Part shown: one piece after another, positions 12,145 to 26,083 of the stretch
Numbering within the stretch: the first letter of the stretch is position 1
How the letters are laid out: every line of letters starts with the position of its first letter
From: a virus
Taxonomy: Duplodnaviria > Heunggongvirae > Uroviricota > Caudoviricetes
DNA: 64,000 nt
Strand: one strand, 5' to 3'
Virus record (IMG/VR): IMGVR_UViG_3300021255_000108
Coordinates: 64,001 to 128,000 of that record
Translations under genes and position numbers: made by a program
The notes under the pieces: model-generated
What the model was told of the DNA's origin: nothing
Databases searched by the model: none
What the model saw: only the letters and a program-made list of their open reading frames with translations

Positions 12145-14547
12145 TTAAAGAACTCTACGGAAACTAATATCTAATGTACCACTTGTTACTGTAGTACTTG
12201 TACAATATTGAAGTAATGGTTGATCATTAACTTGTTTCTTTATTCTCATATAAATTCTTCTATATGCCCCATTAGAATGTAATAAAATTTCATCACTATC
12301 TGTGCTGTTACCAATCGTATCATCAAAGGACATTATTCCAGAATATATATTATCATTATAAGTTACTGATCTAGTGCCATTTGTAGCGGTTGCATCAGGC
12401 TCAAGAACAGTAAATGTAGTTACTACCTGTATAATATATGTACCAAATGTCATATCAGTTGGTATATTATTTATATTCGTCCATATACCGCCATTAAGAC
12501 CACCAGTTGGTATAGAAATTGTATTTAATGTATACTTTGGGAAAAATAAATCAGGAGTTAATGTCGCTTCAATTTTTTTAGTTCCATCAATTGTACTTTG
12601 AGAAGAGCCATTAAATGTCACTAAATTTTTAGGAGTAGCATTAACATCTAATCCCTTATAATTTAATATTAAGCTATATTCTGTTTTATTGGCAACTTTT
12701 GCAGTATCTGCGGTACCTTGCAAATCCGCTACAATTATTGCTGGTAATTTTAATTCATAACTATCGTTTAAACCATTAATTGACGTACCGTCGCCACTAT
12801 GTTTATTATTACCAGTGCCATTATCTACAATACTAATACTGGTAGTATGGCCCCAAAAAGCAGTAGTAACATCATCATCAGTGCCATTAAATACAGTACC
12901 ATTAATTTTTGGATTACCACTCAATCTCTTAGCAGAAGCTGCTTCTCCGCTAATATTAATATCAAGTGCTGATGTTGCTCCGCTATCTTTGTGATTACAA
13001 GCAACTGGTTGACCAGCGTCATTAATATAAATTGGTAATTTAGCACTACCAACCGCGCCTTGAACATCTAAAGCTAAAGCCTTATCAGCGGTTCCATTTA
13101 AAGTTGCGGTAATAGTACTTGGTAATTTTATTTCAACATCAGTACCGCCACTTAAATTTGTTGAAATACCACCGTCACTACTTGTGTGTTTTGGATTCCC
13201 ATTATCTGAAATTAAAAAAGTTACAGCAGAAGTTAATTGATTCGCCGAAGTAGCAACAGTAGCAGTTGCCGCACTACCAGCACTAAACGGTTTTGGGATT
13301 ATACGCCCTTCAGAATCTACATATATATAATATAATGAATTACTATTACCATTTGTTGCAGAAGACTAAACTACTTCAACAACATCACCAGGACCAACTG
13401 GATCATCTGGCGTATCTTGATTTTTAGCATTAATAAATCTTATTATTGCATCTGTATCTGGTTCAGCAGCATTAAGTCTAGTAGTAATAAATAAACGCTC
13501 TTGAACATCTTTCGGCAAATTTTCTATAGGAATAATTTGATTTCCTAACCAATCTTTAAGATCAAGAGTTGTAATAGGTTTAGGAATACCGCTATCTAAA
13601 TATATTGGTTTTCCTTCTCCTCCAACAGTATTTACGCCTAATTTATCAGCATATTCAGCATGGACTGTAGTATTTTGTAATTTCCCTTTATAAACAACTG
13701 GAACTCCATTAGCAAATTCTACAGCATAATGTAGCGAATTTTCAACACCAACATTTAAACCTTCTAGTTGTTGAGATTGCTAATTTTTTGCTACTAATTT
13801 TAACGCGCTATCAGCGCAACCATTTAATGTAGCCGTGATTATGCTCGGCAAAGGAATGCGCTAAGCATCATGAATAAAAGTACTATTAGTACCATCCACC
13901 TCAACTAACTCAGATTCATGAGTACCATCAGTCGTTCCAAATGGAATTTTAGTAATCCATTTAGTAGCTGTTGCCGCATTACCTGTAACACTTACGCTAA
14001 GAGTACCACCACAAGCAGTTGGTTTTCCTTCATTATTGATATAAATCGGGGTATTAGTACTACCGATACTAGTAGAAGTTAATGCTTTAGCTTTTTCTGC
14101 AGTTCCAGTAATATTACCTACTATATTAGCTTTAATGGTAGATGGTAAAAGCAATTTTACTGTATTGCCGCTACGCTATATAGTAGCTGGACTTCCAATA
14201 TTATCAGTGTCATTTGGCCCATCTGCAATAGCAAGCGTTATTGCAGAAGTAAAACCATCAGCAGTAGATGCTACAGCGGCTTTTTTAGCAAATAGCGCAC
14301 GATAAGCATCAAGTTTATATCTAAAAACAGTTTCTTCACCATCGGCTATACCTGTCGCATCTACACAAAATAAATGCCAAGCATTCGCTTCTGTTACTGT
14401 GTTAGCAACCTATATCTGTTCATTATCATTTAAACTTGCTAAATATATTGTACCATCAATATTTGGCACATTGCCCATTGCGGTATATGTGCCTCTTTTT
14501 AACTTAACTAAAGGATTAGTTTCAACTAATCTTTCTATATTAGCCAT
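12145..14547 (-). CDS. Long tail fibre protein (code 15, 800 aa)
   Basis: AAAGGAG RBS and ATG at 14547 (MANIERLVETNPLVKLKRGT). Joins 13861..14154 and 12145..12924. Repeated LPSTITATLNG and PIYIN motifs. Confidence 0.8.
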
Positions 14548-14560
14548 TCAACCACTCCTT

Positions 14561-15364
14561 TTAAGTTAAATTATTCCAATAAACGTGAATACCTGCGACC
14601 TATTCTTGTAACCGTAATGTAGCCGACAAAAGAGCTTCTAATTCAGTTGCAAATTGGTCTTTATATTCTAATTCAAAACGTTGCATATCAAGAGGTAAAG
14701 TATCCATAACTCTTGATACATATGGTAGTGTGCGCAAACTATATACTAATTTATGCCCGCCATCTTCTAATTCTGGACCTGTCATATAAAAACGGACATC
14801 AAAATAAACAATGCCCGCACTACCTGTCATTCCAGAATCAACAACCCAATCAAATAATATTTGATTTTCTTTATAATCACGCATAACAATAGGAGATATT
14901 CTTCCCTATCCATCTGCATTAACGTATTCAACTATAATCATCATTCTTGCTAAATCGACAGTATTAAAATATCGATTGCATCTAAATGTTAAAGTTTCTG
15001 ACTTATGCTCTCCAACGACTCCAATAAAGTCCTAAAACTCAGGTGGAGCAGAGATAGACCTCGTATTGAGGTCTATCTCAAACAAATGTACCTATTCTAG
15101 ATTTGTTTTATGCTCCAAGGAGGTTACAGACGCCTGAAGTCTTGCCAACAAAGCCTCATACGTTTCGTGCACACTAGCTTCTGTCATTTCCATTGTTAAT
15201 GCTTCAGTTTTCTTATTAATGCCACTGTCTAAATCGTCATCACCAGTATGAACTGCCGGTTTGGCGCCAACAATCGCAGCCTGATAACCAGCGGTTAATG
15301 TATTATATGTATTAACCGCCGCATCATTTGTAGCATTATTAGTTACAATAGTATTATCTGACAT
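14561..15364 (-). CDS. BppU-like baseplate-upper / fibre-anchor protein (code 15, 267 aa)
   Basis: 15092..15364 and 14600..14884 join in frame. Motif FEIDLNTRSISAP...GVVGEHKSETLTFRCNRYFNTVDL...IEYVNADG...AGIVYFDVRF. Confidence 0.65.
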
Positions 15365-15388
15365 CTGCTTATCCCTCCTTTTTATTTA

Positions 15389-17365
15389 TTATTCACCTAA
15401 GTCAGTTTGTCCTTGATATTGAGTTAATTCATCAGTTATAGAGACAACTGGACTCTAAACACGATAAAGTGGTAAAGTTTCGCCTTTGTATTCTGGTACG
15501 TCATCAAAGACAACTTCAGAAATTTCAACACGATAGTTACCAGAACGAGTTACCTGATATTTAGAATTATTCAATGATAATCCATTTGCACCGCCCTGCG
15601 CAACGACGCTCCAACCATAACTTGCCGCACCAAAATCAGAACGATACCATACATAAGAAACTTTATGTGCTGGATTGCGATCTGGATCATTAATAGAAGC
15701 AGTGAACATATGCGCGGCTTCGTCATAATTAATAGTAACCTTTGCCCCTACTTCAGAGAACCGACGAGGTGGAGTTCTTACATCAGCAATATTCATTTTC
15801 TTTTCATCTGTTTGCGCGCCATTGCGTGCCGCAGAAACTCCAACTAAATATTTGCCTTCAACAGTAGGAATATAAGTAACATCATTAGCACCTTCAACTG
15901 CTTCTGGTTCTGTATATGTAACAGCACCATCTTCATCAATAGTAGGCTTTTGAACATACCATTGATAAGAAAGTTTATCACCAGGAATTAATGTATTAAC
16001 AACCTCACCATTGGCGTTATAGCTATAATGGCTTGGTATTTGTATAGACAAAACAGTTTTGCGCGCGAATGGTTCATTATCCGCTTCAGAGTGATAAACA
16101 TTACCAGTATATCCATAACGAGGTGAATTGGAATAAGGATCAGGCTCAGTAGGACGAGGTACTTCAATTATACCGGTATATACATAACGAGTACGTTTAT
16201 CAGAACCAATAGTATTACCAATTTGGACAGTATAACGACCAACTTTGTTTATTGTATAAGTGCTCTTGGCCGCAATGTCATAACCTGTTCCAGTAAGTGC
16301 AACTGTCTTAATTGGGGGATTTTCATCATCTGGATCAATAGTGACTTGACCAAGACCATCCATACCATCAACTTGATGATACCAGACGAAAGCCAATTCT
16401 TGATTTTGATTTGCAGAGTTAGGAGACGCAGCCTTAACTTCAAGATTGAGTTCATACTTCTTTTCTGTCCAAGCTTCTTTATAGCCATCTTCTCCTTCAG
16501 TGCCCTCTGCAGGATGCTCAATTGTTACTTCTTCTAAGTCTTGATAACCATCAACAAGTCCTTGAAGTACTATTGGAGCAGGAGATTCAATACTATTAAC
16601 AACACCAGAATAAACAGGACGGCTATAGATTAAATCTTCCCAAGAATCTGCTTTATAGTTGTCTTGTAAAAGATTAAAATTAAGTGTTGTTTTAATAACA
16701 CAACTCTGAATTTTAGTAGAAAAATTGTACTGAATTTCTCCATTTGTTACGCCAAGAAAACGGACTGTAAATTGAATAGTGCCAGCTTCAGCAGAAACTT
16801 TATCAGCAAGTGGCCATCCAAAATAAATATAGTCTTCATCACAAGTCATGGCGTAAGCTAAATCAACGCCCTTACCACCACCATCTGTTTTAGCAGCCGC
16901 TGGATTATACCATTCAATATAAGTATGATATCCAGTAAAAGTATTAGTAGACGGCGTACCATCATTTTTAAAGTTGTAAAAATCAGTTAAATCAAAGAAA
17001 CGAGGCATTTTAAACCAAACAATTTCTGCTAATTTATCACCCTGAATGGTTAAACCATTTTCTTTAAATTGTTTTGGCACAATAATTTCACGAGTGTCAG
17101 GGTTAATTTCAAACACTGGCTCTGTAAGAGGGAGGCGCAATAAGTTATATGTATTAGCGTTTAAACTCTCTCTCATTTGATGCATTAGATCATCAAGAGC
17201 ATAAAGGTAAGAGTGAATATCATTAACCGGTTTCCCAGAGTATTCAGACATCCTTTTGAATAACTCATAATATTCTCTTTCATCCGGCTTTAGCTCCGCG
17301 ATAGCATCAGCAGAAACATTTGGGTCAAATAAACTTGCGTCAAAACGATAGTTATTTGTTATCAT
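15389..17365 (-). CDS. BppU-like N-terminal domain plus Ig/PKD-like repeats, baseplate/fibre anchor (code 15, 658 aa)
   Basis: Supplied 636-aa ORF extended through one TAG (15455) to TAA at 15389. Motifs FEINPDTREIIVP...AEIVWFKMPRFFD...AGTIQFTVRF, then Ig-like segments LSYQWY...GKYLVGV and VSYVWY...GNYRVEI. Confidence 0.7.
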
Positions 17366-17820
17366 TCACGGTTTTCCCCTTTCATTATTTCATCATACAT
17401 TTTAGAAATTTGTTCAAAATAATTCGCTGTGGCTAACTAAATTTCTTGTGCAATAGCTATTTGCCGCGTAAATTTATAGTTAGCCGTCTATAATTTACAT
17501 TCAGCAGAATTACTTACCACCTGCTAATCTTTTACTTTATTTAAAAAGATTAGTTTTATTATTACTTTTTCATTGTTTCCAACCCTTAATTTTTGTGCTG
17601 GAATTAATGTATATAAAGTATGAGTTGTATCATATGCTCTTAAAGGGGTAAGTCGCACAACATCATATAATTTATTTGTTACAGAGTATAAAGACAAATA
17701 TACTTCATAATCTTTCACAAAAGTAGTTGATATAGCAAATTGTAAATCTTCTACATCATAAGTCGCTGCAGAAATAATGCCAGACCGCATTACTCCTTTA
17801 TTATCAACTGTAACTACCAT
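17362..17820 (-). CDS. Hypothetical structural protein (code 15, 152 aa)
   Basis: Supplied 17524..17820 extends through three TAGs to a TGA at 17362 that forms an ATGA overlap with the next gene's start. Confidence 0.7.
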
Positions 17821-17837
17821 ACTCCATTTTCTCCTTA

Positions 17838-17873
17838 TAAATAAAATGTGGGGCTTCTATAGAGAAGCCCCAC
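17838..17873 (-). terminator. Intrinsic terminator
   Basis: GTGGGGCTTCT-CTAT-AGAAGCCCCAC followed by ATTTTATTT. Confidence 0.7.
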
Positions 17874-17907
17874 GCTTCTAAAAATTATCAAAAAAAGGTT
17901 TTATTTA

Positions 17908-18120
17908 TTATTCAACTGCGTCCAAGGGTACTTCTTTCCAAAGATGTGCTTCATCTTCTGGAACAAGCACTCTGTATTCTTTGCGCTTATCATTAACTAA
18001 GATATGACGAGAATCAGCGACTAATTCCATCATACGAACGCAATGTGCTTCTGGAATACGAATAGGAGTATCTAATACTCCATTTGCGCCTAAATACCGA
18101 TACATTAACCGTTTAGTCAT
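17908..18120 (-). CDS. Small putative fibre-assembly/chaperone protein (70 aa)
   Basis: Complete ORF with AAGGAG RBS and TAA stop, no TAG. ELVADSRHILVND...HLWKEV resembles the 65-aa protein at 5568..5765. Confidence 0.6.
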   Translation of the reverse strand: MTKRLMYRYLGANGVLDTPIRIPEAHCVRMMELVADSRHILVNDKRKEYRVLVPEDEAHLWKEVPLDAVE

Positions 18121-18137
18121 ATAGACACTCCTTTATT

Positions 18138-21100
18138 TTAAACTTTAATAATAGAACGTTCAAAATTAGTACTAACCTATGATGCTCTTAATATAGCATT
18201 TTCATGATTAGGCTAATTGAAATATGAATCATCTAATTTAGAACTATAAACAGTGATTTTTATAACTCCAGCAGTAGGACTAGAAATATAACTCTTATCC
18301 AATCCTCTAATAGATCCTTTTACGACCCATTCATTTTCTAAATCTGATACGTCTAAAGGCTCAGACTCACTACCAACCGTTATTGTTCTCCAACCAGATG
18401 AATTAAATGAAAACGCGCTAATTATCAATCCAGGATTGGCTGTTATGCTCAAGTCTGAATTTGCAGGAATTGGATTATCTCTAGAAGGTGGCAAATTACA
18501 AGAATTAAATGCCGCAATGCCAATAAACGTTGCGTAACTAATACTTGAAAAACTTAATCTAGAACAATTCTAGCAACAATAACTACTAAATTTTACTAAT
18601 GATGGTGGCATATCTAAATAAGTTAAATATTCCATACCATAAAGAGCATATGACATTAATTCTTGAATTGTCGCCGTATTATCATTTGAGCCCTCAAAGA
18701 ATAGATGCGTAATATCCAAATTCTATTGTAATCCATTATTTTCAGGCAGAGTCTGTTCATCTGTTCCAAAAATTGATTGAACATCAGTCCACCCAGAACC
18801 AGTAAGTATACTACTCGCGATACCAGCCACTGGATATCCTCCAAGAGTTTTTGGAATTGTAACTTTTCCACCCAAATGCTTTTTAATCTTACGAATATAA
18901 GCAGTACCATTATTGGTTATAACATAATCTATATCTTCTTCTGGTATTGGATTTTCATATACCTTAGCCGAACCGAAAATAGGATATAATGTTACGTCAT
19001 TCTATGACCGTATTCTCTCCAATTTACGAGGAGATGTTTCATTTTTATAAGCCCAGCCTTTAAATACATAGGTATCAAAAATATCTAAATCATCACTGGA
19101 CTTCCAAGGTATAGTTGTACAAGGTTTAGAAGATAAAAATTGTCCAGAAGGCACAAGCTATATCTCATATGCTTTCGGATTACTTGGATTTTCATTGTAT
19201 AAAACTTCATTTAATACATAAGTGATACGATAATTATGAATTGTATAAACGGCGTAATAAACATCTTTATTCAATTCAGTACTAAATGTTAATTCATCCA
19301 AATTAGCTAAATGATTTAATATTTCGCTATCATTATCAACAATACTATTAGAACCTAATACAGGAACACCATTTTCATCTACGAAAGTATCTAAACCATA
19401 AGTAATAGCATCGGCTTTAGAAACCCATCCACGGAAATCATAGTGCGTTCTAGTACAATCCGCTATTTTGCTCGTCCCCTCGGGGAAGACTAATACCGGT
19501 TCATCACTTTCAGGACTACGGTATATAGCAATTGTATTCTGAATGTTATCTACAACTTCAATGAATTGCGCACGTGGACAATTGGTAACGTATTTAGCGC
19601 AAATTGTTAATGGTACATCATCCAACGTTAAATTGGCATTATACTTTTCTTGAATTGCATATAGATCATATTCATTAATTGGATGCTCTTCATCATTATC
19701 GACATAGATGTCGCCAGTAATACGTGGCAAATATTTTGCACTACCAAATTCATAAGTATCACGGAAGATATATTTTTGATTAGTAACTAATTTTGTTTCA
19801 TCTTCATAATCGTGAATGAACAATTTTAAAATGTCTAAATTTGGAATACCGTGCATTTGATCAACATCATCAATAGCATTCTTATTATATAGAATCTTTG
19901 TATTATCATAACTATATACGCCACCAAGATTCTTTTTCGCATAATCAAAATCAATGCCCGCTGGTAATTCAGAATAAGAATTATTAGCATTACGAATATA
20001 ATAAGTAACACCAGGCTGCTATTCGGCATCATCATCTAAAAGCATATATGGAGTCCAATCAACATTTAATAATCTAATAAATAAAGTTAATTTATCAGCG
20101 GCAGTTGGATTTAAATTCATCTTAATTTTAGTTTTTACCAAATAATCTAAAATTTCATAACTATTTAAACCAAGTACACCGCCTTGTAAATAATATTTCT
20201 TAATATTATTACGCACAAGATTATCTACAACAATACCGCCAATAGGAACATTAATTCCCATATATTGATTAATCAAATCTGGATCGCTATTAATATCCAT
20301 TTTATCAGTGATGTTTTCAATATATAAACCAGTAGCTGGTGTATTATTTGTAGCAAGGCTAGTAATACATTCCGCTCTAGAACGAATAATTTTACGTAAC
20401 TTCTGTCCTTGAATGATTACAAAATCTTCAGTAGCAGCAGGTAAGTATAATGTCTCAACAACATTACCTTCTGGTAGTGTAATACTATTTAAAGAAGAAC
20501 CTAATAAACGTGCTGTTTGTAGTTTTAAACAACCACTAACATCAAGACCGCCAGTCATAGCAGACAAATTGCTTAAATCTAAGTATTGTAATAATGCTTT
20601 AGCATTTGGATTCAATGAACTACCATTTCTATATGGCGAATTAATACGAATAGTTTCAGAAGTTGCTCCATCATTACGATAATTAGGATCGTCATTACCT
20701 AATACCAAACGATTTAATCGAATAGCACTACCAAGAGTTAAACGATCCAAATATTTAGTGCTTAAATCACCAATATCTCGTAAATAACTCGGCCCTTGAA
20801 TATACACTAACTATTGAGAGAGCGGTAATCCTTGATTAATAGCTTCTTGAATTGCTGGTAATGGATTTACACGAATATAACCATTGACCGGAGGATTCTG
20901 TACATCAAAACGGCTATTATTTTCATCACTACGTCGTACAATTTCATCATAATAAACAGATACATACTGCGTTAAATACGGAGTAATATTAAAATAAGCT
21001 GTTGCGTCTAAACCGGCTTGTCTTAAAGCTGCCTATTTAGTTGGATCATTCTACCAAGTTAAAGCATCTGGATCAGAAGTACCAGTCCAGTTGGCATCAT

Positions 21101-24100
21101 ATCGCATTTCGATATTTTCGCCGCCCATCGAACTATATGCTCCACCAAGCCATTCAGAATCTTTATAATTAAATCTATTGCGGAAGAAAGCCGCACGATT
21201 TAACGAACGATCACCTTGCGCGCAATATAAATAAATATACTCACTATCAACGGCTTTGTTGCCGTTGTCTTTTTCAATAAAACCAATTTCACTAATAGTC
21301 GGCGCTATATATTTATAAAAAGCATCAGCATTTTTCATAATTGGAGTCCAAGTATCTGCACTATTTGTATTATAATATTTAATACAATTATTAACACTTA
21401 AACCATTTTTTCTCCAATCAATATAGAAACTCTTAATTTCAGGTAAGAAACAAGCATAGAAATTATCCCAAAGAACTGAACCAGCGCCTGAGAAAATACC
21501 ATCGTCTTGTGCATTAACATCATAATCCCAATAAACTGAACCAGAGTTATTAATACCAAGTTGTGTATCCATATCATAGAAAATTGGATACCAGATATAT
21601 TCTCCGCCTTCTTTTTCCGGTCCCCAAGATGCAAGCATCATATTTTTCTCACGACTATCATACATAATGAATAATTCAGTGAGGATAAAATAAGCTGCAC
21701 AATATTGGAAATTTAAGTGATCATTAAATTCAGCGTGATATTTACTTAAACGATAATTTTTAGTATCACGTTCAAATTTTTCAAATACATTTGTTATACT
21801 AATATTTTTATGTGTTTCTGGATCGGTTACTACAATTTCTTCAGATTCTACGATATTCATTAAAGCAGGGGTTGGCTCTTTATGTGTTTTTGGTACAGCC
21901 TTGCCATCAACTCTAATAGCTTCATTTTTATCTGTAGTTACTTCAGCAATTGTAACCCCATCTTCTTCATAAGATTTAACCCATATTTTTCTACCATCAT
22001 TGTCTATGTCTTGTACATCTGTGCCAAGAGCTTCTTCGGGATCCAAAGTTTCTATAATAGTATCATCAGGACCATATCCAGCGATATAAACTGGATCACC
22101 ATTTTCATTAACCTTCTATGTTTCTCCCATAATTTGATTAATATGGTACCAACTAGTAGGAATGCCGCTTTCAGCATCTTTTGTTAAATAATAAGTCTTA
22201 TTAACACGGATATAATCTTGTGTAGTATCATTCTGCTATAATGTCTATTTTTCTTCTTCAGTTGCCTCATTTGCGCGGACGATTTCTGCATCCCACGCAC
22301 TATCACGTGTAATGTAACTTACAGGCGTCGGCAAAACAGCATTAATCTCATCTTCATAGATTGTATTAAGAGGAACTTCCGTCGATGTGGTTGGATTAAT
22401 AACAGTAATATTGTATGTGTCATTTTCTTCGTCATATTGAACATTAAACCAATCATTAATTTTAGTAACTTGAGTGCGCGCGGCGTTACTATAAATATAA
22501 TAATCACGCATTAACTCAATTGTATGAGTCTCTTCATTAGCACGATATTTTATAGCTCCAATCGCATTCACAGGAGTCGCAGATAATTTATGAGTACCAA
22601 CACTAGTTAAATCATTCGTATCCCAAGGATGGACGTCAGTAGAATAAATCCATTCAGATAACGCCTAAAGATTTCTCATATAATAGCGCAACTTATCATG
22701 TGTATCTTGTTTATTAACACTGGTATCTGCTTTATACATATCTTCCATCTTAAAGTCGTCGCCGCTATATCTGTTTTCAAAGAAATTATAGAAATCTACT
22801 ATATTTAAAGCAAGATCTGAATTATAACCGATTGCATCAAAATCATTCCGTCTAAAACCAGTAAAACCATGCATATTAGATTTCAATTCCCAACATTCAG
22901 CGACATCTTTATATGTAGGATTTTCTTTAATTGTGCCATCTACTTTAGTTAGACTATGAAGGAACTTATGCGGTTCTTTAACGCTAAAACCAAAAGAAGT
23001 ATTGGCTCCTTTATCAATATTAAAATTATATCGTCCAACAAATTCAGGGGCTTCAGTACTATTTTTCTTTTCGTGGAAGATTAACATTGGGAAACCATAA
23101 ACTGTTGTACGATAATTAGTATTTATATTATCTAATAATTTAGACAATGGATGTTGTAATCCCATATTAGAATTATATAAAAGCTAAATATAATTTGCTA
23201 ATGGAGTATTATGAGAAGAAGAACTTTCCATATAGTCAGCTTTAAAACAGAAACTTGTTTCAGCGATTCCATTGCCGATATCAATTTTCTTCATTGTTTC
23301 ATAACCAGCTGTAGCAAAAGCCTCTTCATCACTTGACCAAATATGACGTCTACTATCATCGCCATCCCAAGTGTCTAATTCAAAAGGATAATCAGCCGTA
23401 TAGCCAGACTTACCCTCTGGATCTTTTATCTTAGCTTTAAAATTACGCCGTGGATAACCCTAAGAAGAAGTACCCTAAACATCTAATTCAACATTTCTAC
23501 ACTTAAATCCAAATAACTATTTACCACTTACTTTTGGTACTTCACCATTTGGATCATAAAAACGAATATCACAATAAACTTTAACGCCTTTTTGATATGG
23601 TAATTTATCGTCACCGTAAGTAGAAATAACCATAATCGGCATACCTTTTTGCATACCAACAGGTTTATTTGCCGCAAGAAAACGACTGCCCATTTTTTTA
23701 CTTAATGCTACAGTTTTTTCATAGTCTAGAGTAACATAACTTTTTTTCTCATATGGTACAATACGCGTAATACTATTCTCTTCATAACGAGAAAGTTTCG
23801 TTTCTAGTGTTGGAGCATCTCCAATCCAGTTCGTTACAATACCATCAAATGTTAGTGCAGATTTATAAACACGGATATTGTATATGTCTAAATCGCAGTA
23901 ATCTGAATTAAACACAAATTGCTATACGCCAGCAGCAAAAGAAGTATTATCCGGCCAGTGTTCAACACCGCTTAAAACACCATTAATATATACATATAAA
24001 AAACTAGTGTCTTTATCAGCGACAACAGAAACTTTTACTTTATCATTATCTGCATAACGCACATTAACAATTTTAGTACTACTAGCAAACATAGCCTCCT

Positions 24101-26042
24101 GAGTACCAAAAGCAAGTCCAATACCATTATTGAAAAATGTTCCAACAGCATTCGCAATGTTTCCATTAGCATCATATTGGATATCTTTTACAACTTCATA
24201 TTGTCGTTCATCTTCTGGCACATCTTCTTGACCAGCTTTAGGAACAGTACGCAATGACAATAATTTAGCATAATTTAATGCATTACGACATTTAAATTCT
24301 ACTTCAATAGTAAATCCTTTATCCTCAAGTTTTTGTTGTTGTAAAATCTCGTTAAAAGGTATAGTAACTTTTGCGCCATTAGTTAAACGCAATACAGTGG
24401 TTCTTAATTGTCTAGCGTCATTCTCTGACATACCACTATCAATGGCTTTTTGAATTTCGTTCTCTTCAAGAGCGACGTCTTCCCAACCATTATTATACCA
24501 GTTAAAATTTTCAAGAATAGCCGAATAAGTTGTAGTAGCATCTTTCTTAAATGACCAATTCTTTCTACTAGTTAAAGATTCTTTATTAGAACGATCTTTC
24601 GCAGTTAAATATAAGCACAAATTTGATGTAAATGCATCCAAATTTAATTGGCTCGGTAAAATCGTAACATTAAATTCGCGCTGTACATCTTCAACTCGTA
24701 AAATAAATACATTTGGCTATAATTCCTGATCAACTACATATGTTGAAATATTCCAAGTGTCATATGTACCATCATATGATGCAGCAATTGGCGATGTTGG
24801 CAATTCTTCACCGTTAATATACTGATGCAATTCAGAAATCTCTTTTCCTTTTTGATAAACTACATAAGGAATATGAATTATATTATAATTTTCTTCTTCT
24901 GCATCTTCCCTATAAGAAGAAATTATGATTGGTTTTGTATCGCCTTCAGCTGTAGCAAAAATAATATCATACCAATAACTCTATACTGGATACTCTTCAT
25001 TATTAACAACAACATAACCATCATACCGCAAACTATGATTACCATGCTGTACATTTATTAATGCTTCATCTCCACCAGTACGTCCTTCGTCTGTATCAAC
25101 ACCGCAATTAAGTTGAATAGAACTATCGCCCCAAGTACGCACTTCTTTAATTAATTCATCATCAAAATAGACTTTAATAAGTCCTTGAACTAATGTATCT
25201 TCTTTTATACCACTACTTAATCCAGCAAAATTATAATCATAAGTAATTAAATGCTCAGCAGCAGAATCAGAGCCATATACTTTAAGAGGATTCCAACTTG
25301 CTCTAGGTGCAAAATTTGCCCTAAACATTACAACTGCACCAGTAGAAGTGAGTTCATATTGCGCAGCAGTTAATTTTAATGTAATATCATTGGTGCCTTC
25401 TTTTAAATACTCCAAAGGAATGGACAATGTTACAGAAGTGCTATTAATTTCCTAAGAAGCATTACTTAATTCTACAACTTCAACACCATTACAATAAACT
25501 GTAAAAATACCTCTATTAATAGTAGCAGTACGACTATTTAAAAGTACTTTCGCAACAGGATGTTCTGTTATAAGACAACGCGCAGGAAAATTCTCTATCC
25601 AGCTTATTACCAATGGATTCGCATTGCTTGAAGCACCACCGCCGGCGATTGCTTTTGTATAAATGGTCTATCCATCTTCACTTATTTTAACTACACGATA
25701 AATAATATTTTCACTTGTAATAATAATATTATCTATCACAATTTTCCGTGCATCAATATCGCCTTTATTAAATACCCAAAATAAATTATTGTCTTCCTGC
25801 GGTTTTACGCCAGGAAGTGCTTTAATGAAAGCGACATCTCCACCGCCAGAAACGACATAGCGATGAGAGTTAGCATCAAAATATAATTTACTCGCAGTAA
25901 TTTCTGATGTTGGTATTGTATTATCATTGTCATAAGCAAAATATACATTACCATTTTTAATTGGTACAGCATTTAAATTTGTTATCTATTCTTCTGTACC
26001 ACGATATACATCAAAAATATCATTAGATATTTCGCTTGCCAT
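18138..26042 (-). CDS. Giant multidomain virion protein: LamG-like, CotH-like kinase, LRR, InlB-B-like repeats and BspA-like LRR (code 15, 2634 aa)
   Basis: AAAGGAG RBS and ATG at 26042. Nine supplied fragments (24981..25427 through 18213..18494) share one frame and end at TAA 18138. Motifs V(Q)GTSS(Q)GYPRRNFK, ADYMESSSSHNT, GRYNFNIDK, YDSREKN, WYPIFYDMDTQLG. Confidence 0.85.
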
Positions 26043-26083
26043 TAAAAATCTCCTTTCTCTCATTAAAAAACAGGATTTTTATA

